Below, one piece after another: positions 24,153 through 31,775 of a DNA stretch of 32,000 nt. Both the position numbers and the translations under genes were made by a program. The stretch lies in NCBI GenBank assembly GCA_001430755.1, contig CP013062.1, positions 960,001 to 992,000 on the forward strand, written 5' to 3'. Under the pieces are notes generated by a model. That model had not been told where the DNA came from. It ran no database searches and saw only the letters and a program-made list of their open reading frames with translations. Positions within the stretch are counted from its first letter, which is position 1. Every line of letters begins with the position of its first letter. This stretch comes from Candidatus Peribacter riflensis. Lineage in GTDB: Bacteria > Patescibacteriota > Gracilibacteria > Peribacterales > Peribacteraceae.

Positions 24153-24258
24153 GGGAATTAGAGAACGAACGGTTAGGGAATTCGGGTGCGGGAACTAGGG
24201 AACTCGGCTTATTTTCCATTCCGGTTACACTAATTCCCGACTTCCCTATTTCCCTCAT
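24153..24258. repeat. Two-armed tandem-unit inverted repeat in the divergent GT2/SDR promoter region
   Basis: Left arm has four G3 tracts, GGGAATTCGGGTGCGGGAACTAGGG (24176-24200). Right arm is CTAATTCC-CGACTTCC-CTATTTCC-CTCATC. It shares exact blocks with the 9981 and 18794 copies. Confidence 0.85.
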
Positions 24259-24286
24259 CACTGTTCAAGGGCAAACTACCAGCTGT

Positions 24287-25192
24287 ATGAAGATCCTCGT
24301 CACTGGATCCTCCGGCACGATCGGCACGCACCTCTGCGCAAGGCTCCTGGAGTTGAAACAAGACGTGGTTGGGGCAGATTGGGAGCCGAATAAGTGGCAA
24401 CCAACGGTCGAGAAACTCACCGTGCGCTTGGACCTGCGGCATGAAGAGGAACTGAAGAAGCTTCCCACGGATTTCGACTGTGTGATCCATCTCGCCGCCA
24501 ACGCGCGCGTCTACGAGCTCGTGGAACACCCCGACCGGGCACGCGATAATATCATGAGCACATTCAATACGCTGGAATGGGCGCGCAAAAACGGAATCAA
24601 GCGCTTCGTCTTCGCCTCTTCGCGCGAGACGTACGGTAACAGCGGAGCGGCTCAGTACACCGAAGACATGGTACGGGTCGAGAACTGCGAGAGCCCCTAC
24701 ACCGCAAGCAAGATCGCCGGTGAGGCGCTCGTGGAATCGTACCGGCGCTGCTACGGCATGGAGACGGTGATCGTGCGTTTCTCGAACGTGTACGGCATGT
24801 ACGACGACTCTGAGCGTGTGGTGCCGCTCTTCATCCGTCAGACCAAGAAGAATGAACCGCTCGTCGTCTTCGGTAAAGATAAGAGCCTGGATTTCACGTA
24901 CATCGACGATGCGGTGGACGGACTCTTGCTCATCCTGAAAAATTTCGCGAAGGCGAACGGTCAGACCATCAATCTCGCCTTCGGCGAGGCGCACCCCATC
25001 ATGGAACTGGCGGAACTCATCAAGAAACTCATGGGAAGCACCTCCGCCATCACAGCGAAAGATTCCCGCACGGGCGAAGTGACCCGCTACACGGCGGATA
25101 TTTCGAAGGCGCGCACGATCCTCGGCTTCGACCCCAAGGTGCCCTTCGCGGAGGGAGTGAAGAAGTCGGTGGAGTGGTATGGACGAGAATGA
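24287..25192 (+). CDS. NAD-dependent epimerase/dehydratase (extended SDR)
   Basis: 301 aa from ATG 24287. MKILVTGSSGTIGTHL glycine-rich loop, catalytic YTASKIAGE (YxxxK), and a typical length. The substrate cannot be inferred. Confidence 0.8.
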   Translation: MKILVTGSSGTIGTHLCARLLELKQDVVGADWEPNKWQPTVEKLTVRLDLRHEEELKKLPTDFDCVIHLAANARVYELVEHPDRARDNIMSTFNTLEWARKNGIKRFVFASSRETYGNSGAAQYTEDMVRVENCESPYTASKIAGEALVESYRRCYGMETVIVRFSNVYGMYDDSERVVPLFIRQTKKNEPLVVFGKDKSLDFTYIDDAVDGLLLILKNFAKANGQTINLAFGEAHPIMELAELIKKLMGSTSAITAKDSRTGEVTRYTADISKARTILGFDPKVPFAEGVKKSVEWYGRE

Positions 25193-25260
25193 TGAATAAG
25201 GAATTATGACTGAAGTATCTTTTCCTTCATTCTTCATTCTTAATTCTTAATTCTTACTTC
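25187..25260. repeat. A/T-rich heptamer version of the two-armed repeat between convergent genes
   Basis: Left arm is GAATGAT-GAATAAG-GAATTAT-GACTGAA. Right arm is CTTCATT-CTTCATT-CTTAATT-CTTAATT-CTTACTT. Both stop codons (TGA 25190-25192; TAA on the minus strand at 25247-25249) lie inside the arms. Confidence 0.75.
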
Positions 25261-26983
25261 TCGTCTCGTGATAGACCATTTCCAGATTCACCTCCCACAC
25301 ATTGGATGAATCGGTGCGGCCTGCGACGATGTTATCCACGGCCGTCATCGAGGTGAGCATGCTGTGGTCCTGATTGTTGTAGCGGTGCATGCCGTTTCTG
25401 CCGATCAGGTAGAGATTGGGGACACTCTGGACGAATTCCCGGACAACGTGGAGCTGATCGTAACTGCCGAAGTATGCGGGATACGCCTTGGGCATTCTGA
25501 GCACGCACGCGTCGATGACATCCTCGCTCTTGAGAAAGTGGATCTTCTCCATCTCGCCGATGCCGAATTGGATGAGCTCCTGATCGGGCTTGATCCACAG
25601 GTCCCCGCCCTCGTTCACAAAGTACTCCAGCCCGATCCACACCGCATTCTTGCGATCGGCCACAAGGTAGGGACTCCAGTTATTGAAGATTTGTACGCGT
25701 CCCACCCGCACTCCCCCCTCCTGAATGTAGATCCAGTTATCCGGCACTGATGCATCGGTATGTCTGCCATCCTGCACGTGAAGTTTTTTCAGCAGGAGAC
25801 CGATCGTGATGAAATCGCGGTACGGCAAGCCTTCCGCCACCTCCACGACTCGCGCAGGCGGATGCGGCGTCATCATGCCAATGAGATGCTTGATCGGCAT
25901 GGTGGAGAAGAAAAAATCGCACGGAATGGTCTCTTCGGTGCCCGTTTGCGTGTTTTCGAGTGTGACGGAAGTGATGCGGCCGTCTGTGAGATGCACACCC
26001 GAAACGCGCGTGCGCATGCGCACTTCACCGCCGCACGACTTCACCTGAGCCGCAACGGTCTCCCACATCTGTCCGGGCCCGTACTTGGGGTAGAAGAAGC
26101 GCGTGATGAGCGTGGTTTCGCGCTCCTGCTGGGCTTTTTTGAAATCACTGCTCAGAAGATCCTTCACGGCGTGAACAACGGCGCGCCGGAGTGACAGCCC
26201 CTGCACGCGCTGGGCGCCCCAATCCGCGCGAATTTGGCTGCAGGGAATCCCCCACACTTTTTCGGTGTAATCGCGGAAGAATGTCTCGTAGAGGCGGCGC
26301 CCGAAGCGGTTGACGAAGAAAGCATCGAGGTAGGTTTCGTCTTTGAGCCGGAACACACGCGCTTTGAGGTAGCTCAAACCGATCAGGAATGTGTTGGCGA
26401 TCCCCAACCGCAGGGCAACACGCAGAGTGATGGCGATGGGATACGGAAAGAAGTGTCTGCGATGGTAGATGCGGCTGAGTCTGGGCCGCTGGAGCATGAC
26501 CTGATCTTCCTTTTCGGGATCGGGGGCGGGACGACGAATGACGGGGGACTTGGGACTTGGGACTTGGGACTTGGGATCTGAACCTGAATCTTTTTCGAAG
26601 CCTAAGTCCTCTGTCCTCTGTCCTAAGTCCTGTACACACTCCGGCTTGCCCGCCGAAGCCTCGGCGCAGGCGGGACATAAATATTCCACCACCGCCTCTG
26701 CCGCATAATCAATCTCATGCTGCTTCTCGACCGTATCCGCAGCGGGCGCACCCTGCAGCGGCAGGATATTGAACCACCACTGCATGATCCGCTTGCTCTT
26801 ACTGAAAAATCTGTGTCCTCCCAGATCGATGCGGTTGCCTTTGTAGTTGAAGGTTTGGGCGATACCGCCGATGGCATCGGTCGCCTCGCAGACAATCGGG
26901 CGGATATCCGTACGCTTGAGAAGCTCGTAGGCAGCCGTGAGCCCCGCGGGACCGGCACCGGCAATAATGGCAACCCTAGACAT
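25247..26983 (-). CDS. FAD/NAD(P)-binding oxidoreductase (amine-oxidase / UDP-galactopyranose-mutase-like fold) with repeat-derived internal insertion
   Basis: 578 aa. N-terminal dinucleotide-binding motif [18 protein letters not shown]...GGIA...GGHRFF. Conserved blocks [23 protein letters not shown] and [12 protein letters not shown]. Confidence 0.8.
   Translation of the reverse strand: MSRVAIIAGAGPAGLTAAYELLKRTDIRPIVCEATDAIGGIAQTFNYKGNRIDLGGHRFFSKSKRIMQWWFNILPLQGAPAADTVEKQHEIDYAAEAVVEYLCPACAEASAGKPECVQDLGQRTEDLGFEKDSGSDPKSQVPSPKSPVIRRPAPDPEKEDQVMLQRPRLSRIYHRRHFFPYPIAITLRVALRLGIANTFLIGLSYLKARVFRLKDETYLDAFFVNRFGRRLYETFFRDYTEKVWGIPCSQIRADWGAQRVQGLSLRRAVVHAVKDLLSSDFKKAQQERETTLITRFFYPKYGPGQMWETVAAQVKSCGGEVRMRTRVSGVHLTDGRITSVTLENTQTGTEETIPCDFFFSTMPIKHLIGMMTPHPPARVVEVAEGLPYRDFITIGLLLKKLHVQDGRHTDASVPDNWIYIQEGGVRVGRVQIFNNWSPYLVADRKNAVWIGLEYFVNEGGDLWIKPDQELIQFGIGEMEKIHFLKSEDVIDACVLRMPKAYPAYFGSYDQLHVVREFVQSVPNLYLIGRNGMHRYNNQDHSMLTSMTAVDNIVAGRTDSSNVWEVNLEMVYHETRSKN
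26543..26674. repeat. Intragenic composite repeat: GGGACTT x4 arm, TNNGTCC x4 arm, plus a CCCGCC...GGCGGG hairpin
   Basis: Perfect heptamers at 26545-26572, with a degenerate fifth copy to 26579. Right arm TAAGTCC-TCTGTCC-TCTGTCC-TAAGTCC ends at 26632. A 26-nt hairpin at 26649-26674 is 23/26 identical to 12754-12779. All of this is translated in frame as ...[43 protein letters not shown]... Confidence 0.85.
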
Positions 26984-27015
26984 GCCCGTACTCTACTCAA
27001 ACCGGACCCGGGAAC

Positions 27016-27441
27016 CTAGGCCTTGGGCGGATTCCTGTAGACGATCAGCCTGCGGGCTCCAAAGTTCCAGAAGAGCACGATAATGGTGGCAATGACCTTC
27101 GCCTTCACCTCTCCGAAGAAGAATTTGTCGACGAAGAGGTAGAGCAGAAGCTCAGTCCACAGAAGCCCGAACATGGTGATGATGAAGACCACGGTGATCT
27201 CGCGCACGATCTGGTTCGTCTTCTGAAAGACCCAGAGAATCGAGAGTATGTAATTGGTCACGAAGCCCGTGCAGTACGCGAAGAACTGTGCGAGGAGGTA
27301 GTGGACATCCAGAAAACGTACGCAGAAGACGAACACGGCAAAATCCACCACCGTGGAGATACCCCCCACCCAGAAGTACCGAAAGAACTGCACGCGGGTG
27401 GACCGCGCAGGGCCGAAAATCCAATGACGAAAACGGCGCAT
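27016..27441 (-). CDS. GtrA-family membrane protein (putative polyprenyl-phosphate-sugar flippase)
   Basis: 141 aa from ATG 27441. VQFFRYFWVGGISTVVDFAVF and four TM helices ending in FWNFGARRLIVY are typical of GtrA. The rest of the 246-aa ORF upstream is Arg/Pro-rich and non-protein-like. Confidence 0.85.
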   Translation of the reverse strand: MRRFRHWIFGPARSTRVQFFRYFWVGGISTVVDFAVFVFCVRFLDVHYLLAQFFAYCTGFVTNYILSILWVFQKTNQIVREITVVFIITMFGLLWTELLLYLFVDKFFFGEVKAKVIATIIVLFWNFGARRLIVYRNPPKA

Positions 27442-27530
27442 CCCGCCTACGGTAGCATGCCACGGCCCCTGGAACGAGGGTCGGTACCCCAAAATTCCGA
27501 GAACTTCTTCAAACCGGCGGGGCTTTCGGA

Positions 27531-28814
27531 ATGCTACACTTGCCCATGATGAAGAAGCCGGTGATCTGCATCGTGGGACTCGGCTACGTGGGCCTGCCGC
27601 TCGCGTACATCTTCGCGAAGAAAGGTTTCGACGTGCACGGGTATGACCTGAATGCCGAGCGCATCGCGGAGCTGAAGGCCGGCCATGACCGCACGCGGGA
27701 GCTGACGGAGAAGCAGTTGAAAGAGGCGACCATCCGGTACAGCGCCGATCCCGCATCCATCCACGAAGCCGATGTCGTGATCCTGGCGATCCCCACGCCC
27801 GTGGATGAGCGGAATACCCCCGATCTCACTCCTGTGAAGAGCGCCAGCTCTACGGTCGGCAAACACATGAAGAAAGGTGCCATCATCGTGTACGAATCCA
27901 CCGTATGGCCGGGCACGACGGAGGAGATCTGCGGCCCGATCCTGGAAAAGGAATCGGGGATGAAATGCGGCATCGACTTTAAGTTGGGCTACTCCCCCGA
28001 GCGCGTGAACCCGGGTGACAAGGAGCACACGATCGAGAAGATCAGAAAGATTGTCTCGGGGCAGGATACTGAAACGCTCGAGACACTCGCCGATCTGTAC
28101 GGCTCCGTGATCGACGCGGGGATTCATCGTGCCGCGAATATCAAGGTGGCCGAAATGGCCAAGGCCATCGAGAACGCACAGCGGGATCTGAACATTGCCT
28201 TCATCAACGAAGTGGCGCTTCTCTGCCATAAAGTGGGCATCGAGACGAAAGATGTGATCGATGCTGCTGCTACCAAATGGAATTTCCTCAGGTTCCTGCC
28301 AGGCCTCGTGGGCGGGCACTGCATCGGAGTAGATCCGTACTACTTAGTCGAGAAAGCGCGCCAGCTTGGTATGCAAACGCAGGTCATCACGGCCGGCCGC
28401 GCCCTCAATGACGCAATGAGCCGCCACGTCGCGGAACAGGCGACAGAAGAACTGAAGGGCACGAAGAGCCCACGCGTACTTGTGCTGGGCTTAACCTTCA
28501 AAGAGAACATCCCCGACACCCGCAACAGCAAGTCCGGTGACGTGGTGAAGCAACTGCAGAAACTCGGCTGTTCTGTAGAAGTGCACGATCCCTACATGCC
28601 AGAGGAAGTCATGCTCAAGAAAGGATGGAAATTGGGCTCTCTGCAATCAGGCCCCTACGATGCCGTGGTGCTCCTGGTCCCGCACCGGGAATACATGACA
28701 GATCTTTCAGCCCTGACCAAAGCCCTGAAGCCCAAAGGACTTCTCTACGATCTCAAAACAATCCTGCCGCGAAAGGAGATTGAGGGGAAAGGTCTGCGGT
28801 ATAAGGCACTTTGA
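27531..28814 (+). CDS. Nucleotide-sugar dehydrogenase, TviB/WbpO/CapL type (UDP-N-acetylhexosamine 6-dehydrogenase)
   Basis: VICIVGLGYVGLPLA, PTPVDERNTPDLTP, YESTVWPGTTEE, GYSPERVNPGDKEH, KVAEMAKAIENAQRDLNIAFINE and LVGGHCIGVDPYYL closely follow the TviB/WbpO family pattern. Alternative starts at 27546 and 27549. Confidence 0.88.
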   Translation: MLHLPMMKKPVICIVGLGYVGLPLAYIFAKKGFDVHGYDLNAERIAELKAGHDRTRELTEKQLKEATIRYSADPASIHEADVVILAIPTPVDERNTPDLTPVKSASSTVGKHMKKGAIIVYESTVWPGTTEEICGPILEKESGMKCGIDFKLGYSPERVNPGDKEHTIEKIRKIVSGQDTETLETLADLYGSVIDAGIHRAANIKVAEMAKAIENAQRDLNIAFINEVALLCHKVGIETKDVIDAAATKWNFLRFLPGLVGGHCIGVDPYYLVEKARQLGMQTQVITAGRALNDAMSRHVAEQATEELKGTKSPRVLVLGLTFKENIPDTRNSKSGDVVKQLQKLGCSVEVHDPYMPEEVMLKKGWKLGSLQSGPYDAVVLLVPHREYMTDLSALTKALKPKGLLYDLKTILPRKEIEGKGLRYKAL

Positions 28815-28901
28815 GGGTTAGGGTTAGGGTTGGGAAAGATGAACTATCTCTTGAAGAAACTCAAACCCAGTCTCAGCCCTAACCCTATCCCTAACCCTAT
28901 C
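28813..28901. repeat. Telomere-like (GGGTTA)n / (CCCTAN)n two-armed inverted repeat between convergent genes
   Basis: GGGTTAGGGTTAGGGTTGGG at 28815-28834 starts 1 nt after the TGA stop (28812-28814). CCCTAACCCTATCCCTAACCC at 28877-28897 adjoins the TAG stop of the methyltransferase (minus strand, 28897-28899). The arms are about 19/21 complementary. Confidence 0.9.
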
Positions 28902-29562
28902 TTCGTGCCGCCACGTAATACCCCGACGTGAGGATATTTTTCTCTGGAACCTGCTGCCGAATATCGCCATATTCGCGGCTGAGGAGCCACCCGCACCACC
29001 GCGTGACCGCCGCGAGCAGGAACCAGAAGAGCTTGAACGGCTTCCACCCCAATGTCTCACACTGAAACCCGATGCGCTGCTCCAAAACGGCGAGCGTTTC
29101 GACAGTCGACGCCTCTTCGGTGAGCTCCAGAACTTCAAAATCTTTCAAGAGGTGCCGCAGTCCGTACTTGGTGTAGCGATAGTAATCCCCCGGCACATCG
29201 TGGAGCGGAAAGATGAACCGCGTGGAGAGAAGCAGGAGCCCGCCGGGTTTGAGGACGCGGCGAAACTCGGCAATCGCCTGCGATGGCGTGTGCAGATGTT
29301 CCAGCACTTCCGTGCAGAGCACGACATCGAACGAGGCATCGGGGATCTGATGGAGGTCATGCGCATCGGCGACGATATCCACGTTGACCCCCTCGCGCGG
29401 CGCGATATCGAGCGTGGTCACCTGCGGAAAGAGATCACGGTACGAAGCGGCTCCGCATCCCACATCCAGAACGCGCTTGTCTGTCGCGTGGCGCCGCAGA
29501 AATGCCCGAAGCCGGGGGCGCGTGATTTTTCGGGTCAGGCCGATGGCATCGAGAATGCCCAC
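28897..29562 (-). CDS. Class I SAM-dependent methyltransferase
   Basis: 221 aa with a GTG start. Motif I VLDVGCGAA, then FDVVLCTEVLEHL and LKPGGLLLLS. Hydrophobic C-terminal segment FKLFWFLLAAVTRWCGWLL. Confidence 0.8.
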   Translation of the reverse strand: MGILDAIGLTRKITRPRLRAFLRRHATDKRVLDVGCGAASYRDLFPQVTTLDIAPREGVNVDIVADAHDLHQIPDASFDVVLCTEVLEHLHTPSQAIAEFRRVLKPGGLLLLSTRFIFPLHDVPGDYYRYTKYGLRHLLKDFEVLELTEEASTVETLAVLEQRIGFQCETLGWKPFKLFWFLLAAVTRWCGWLLSREYGDIRQQVPEKNILTSGYYVAARR

Positions 29563-29608
29563 GGAATCAGCATAGCAAGCATGGCGCGGGATCAGCTAGG
29601 CTACTTGT

Positions 29609-30739
29609 GTGCGCATTCTTCTTATCACCGAATCGTTGAGCGCCCCGGGAGGCTGGGCGACGTACGCGACCAACCTTGCACAAGGTCTCCGGGAGCGAGG
29701 ACACGATGTCATGATCCTCAGTCCGGAATCGGCGGGAACGCTATCGAAGATTCCCTCGCCTCTGCAGGTCTTGAGCCACCCGCTGCGCTCTCTCCTCCTC
29801 TCACTGAAGTTGCGCTCTGCTCTCCTGAAATCGACGCCCGATATCATCCACATCACCGTCGAACCCTACGCGCTCCTCGCCTCGCTCTGGCCGCATGCCC
29901 TTCTGCATCGTACGGTCATCACTTTCCACGGCAGCTACGGGGTCCGCCTATTGCAGAATAGCATGAGCCGCCGTCTCCTGAGGCGGGTACTCGCATCACT
30001 CCCCGCATTCATTGCCGTCAGTTCCTACACAAAAAACCGCATTGCAGAGGAATGTAACCGGCGCTGTTCATCGGCCCTCGCCGACCGTTTCCTTCGGAAG
30101 ACACAGGTGGTCTACAACGCCATCTGTTTACCCTCCGTTCCGGAAGAGCACGTACGAAGTGACCGAAAGCAAATTCTGCTCATTGGACCCCTGAAGCCGC
30201 GTAAAGGCGTTCTCGAGGCCGTGGAGGCATGCGCCCTCTATCGCCAGATGCACGCCAATCCCTTCACACTGCGGATCATCGGCACACAGGACGATTCCGC
30301 GTACTCGCGTACCGTCGAACAGAGAATTGTGGCACTCCACATGCAGGATGAGGTCCGCTTCGAGGGTGTGCTCCCCCAGGACAAACTCGATGCCGCCTAC
30401 CGCTCCGCGGACCTGCTACTTCTGCCCGCCCGCACCACCGAAACGACGTTCGAGGGATTCGGCTTAGTCTTCATCGAGGCCGCTTCATACGGCGTTCCCT
30501 CTATCGGACCCACGACGAGTGGGGCGGCGGAAGCCATCGAGGAAGGGAAGAGCGGCTACCGTGTCCGCCCGGATGATGCTGCGCAAATCGCACAAAGGAT
30601 GCACTCCATTCTCGATGAGCACCGGATCGACCCGGAAACGTGCCGCGCGTGGGCGCAGCGTTTCTCGATCGCGTCCATGGCGGCTGCCATGAGCGGGCTC
30701 TATGCCACTGCCGTTGGCAGCGAGATCCCCGGCCTCTGA
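29609..30739 (+). CDS. Glycosyltransferase family 4 (GT-B fold)
   Basis: 376 aa with a GTG start. [20 protein letters not shown]-terminus. The C-terminal block [35 protein letters not shown] is an E(x7)E-type GT4 signature. Confidence 0.85.
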   Translation: MRILLITESLSAPGGWATYATNLAQGLRERGHDVMILSPESAGTLSKIPSPLQVLSHPLRSLLLSLKLRSALLKSTPDIIHITVEPYALLASLWPHALLHRTVITFHGSYGVRLLQNSMSRRLLRRVLASLPAFIAVSSYTKNRIAEECNRRCSSALADRFLRKTQVVYNAICLPSVPEEHVRSDRKQILLIGPLKPRKGVLEAVEACALYRQMHANPFTLRIIGTQDDSAYSRTVEQRIVALHMQDEVRFEGVLPQDKLDAAYRSADLLLLPARTTETTFEGFGLVFIEAASYGVPSIGPTTSGAAEAIEEGKSGYRVRPDDAAQIAQRMHSILDEHRIDPETCRAWAQRFSIASMAAAMSGLYATAVGSEIPGL

Positions 30740-31773
30740 ACGCCGACCATATCCAAATCCGCCTGCAGCATGATTTCAACAAGCTCCGGCAGCGTCATCG
30801 TCGGCTCCCAACCAAGGACACGTCGTGCTTTGGAGGCATCTCCCAGGAGACAATCAACCTCGGCAGGACGTTCGTAGCGGGGATCGAGACGGACGATCAC
30901 TTTGCCCGTGCGCGCATCGCGGTACACCTCATCTTTGCCGGTACCGCTCTTTTCGAAAGGGATCAATGCCGCGGTGAGCGCCAGCTCGAGGAACTCCCGC
31001 ACGGTGGCCGTGCGGCCCGTGGCGAGCACGAAATCCTCGGGGGCGGGCTGCTGGAGCATCATCCACATCCCCTCTACGAATTCTTTGGCGTAGCCCCAGT
31101 CGCGCTTGGCTTCCAGGTTGCCGAGGGCGAGACACTCCTGCTTGCCTGCGAGCATGTTTGCGATACTCAGCGTGATCTTGCGTGTCACGAAGTTCTCGCT
31201 GCGGCGGGGCGACTCGTGATTGAAGAGAATGCCGTTCACGGCGAACATGCCGTAGCTTTCACGATAGTTGCGGGTGAGGTAGAAGGCATAGGCCTTGGCA
31301 CACCCATAGGGACTGCGCGGGTAGAACGATGTTTCTTCGTTCTGGGGAGTCGTCACGGACTTTCCGTAGAGCTCGCTCGAGCTCGCCTGGTAGAACTTGG
31401 CCGGAATGCCAGTGGTGCGCAGGGCTTCGAGCAGGCGCGTCGTCCCTATCCCTGTGATATCCCCCGTGTACTCCGGCATGTCGAAACTCACACCAACGTG
31501 GCTCTGGGCCGCAAGGTTGTAGACCTCGTCCGGCCGGACGGCGAGGAGAATGCGCAACAGGGAATTACTGTCACCCAGATCACCGTAGTGCAATTGGACA
31601 TTGGGCGCGTCGCGCGAGATGTCCTTGAATAGGTGTTCGATGCGTCCACGGTTGAAGGTGGAGGCGCGCCGGACTATGCCGTGGACTTCGTACCCCTTGC
31701 TGAGCAGAAATTCTGCGAGGTACGAGCCATCCTGCCCCGTGATGCCTGTGATGAGTGCTCGTTTCTTCGTCAT
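30700..31773 (-). CDS. gmd: GDP-mannose 4,6-dehydratase
   Basis: 357 aa. [74 protein letters not shown] and [13 protein letters not shown] all fit the Gmd pattern. Confidence 0.93.
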   Translation of the reverse strand: MTKKRALITGITGQDGSYLAEFLLSKGYEVHGIVRRASTFNRGRIEHLFKDISRDAPNVQLHYGDLGDSNSLLRILLAVRPDEVYNLAAQSHVGVSFDMPEYTGDITGIGTTRLLEALRTTGIPAKFYQASSSELYGKSVTTPQNEETSFYPRSPYGCAKAYAFYLTRNYRESYGMFAVNGILFNHESPRRSENFVTRKITLSIANMLAGKQECLALGNLEAKRDWGYAKEFVEGMWMMLQQPAPEDFVLATGRTATVREFLELALTAALIPFEKSGTGKDEVYRDARTGKVIVRLDPRYERPAEVDCLLGDASKARRVLGWEPTMTLPELVEIMLQADLDMVGVQRPGISLPTAVA

Positions 31774-31775
31774 CG

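Noticed and set aside
26543-28901. The short tandem repeats (GGGACTT x4, GGGTTA x3, CCCTAN x4, heptamer arrays) as a CRISPR array.
   Set aside because: The units are 6-8 nt and contiguous with no spacers. No cas genes are present. CRISPR repeats are far longer and are separated by unique spacers.
28812-28901. TTAGGG-type repeats as a telomere or the end of a linear replicon.
   Set aside because: Only 3-4 units are present. They are internal, flanked on both sides by intact convergent genes, and paired with a complementary arm.
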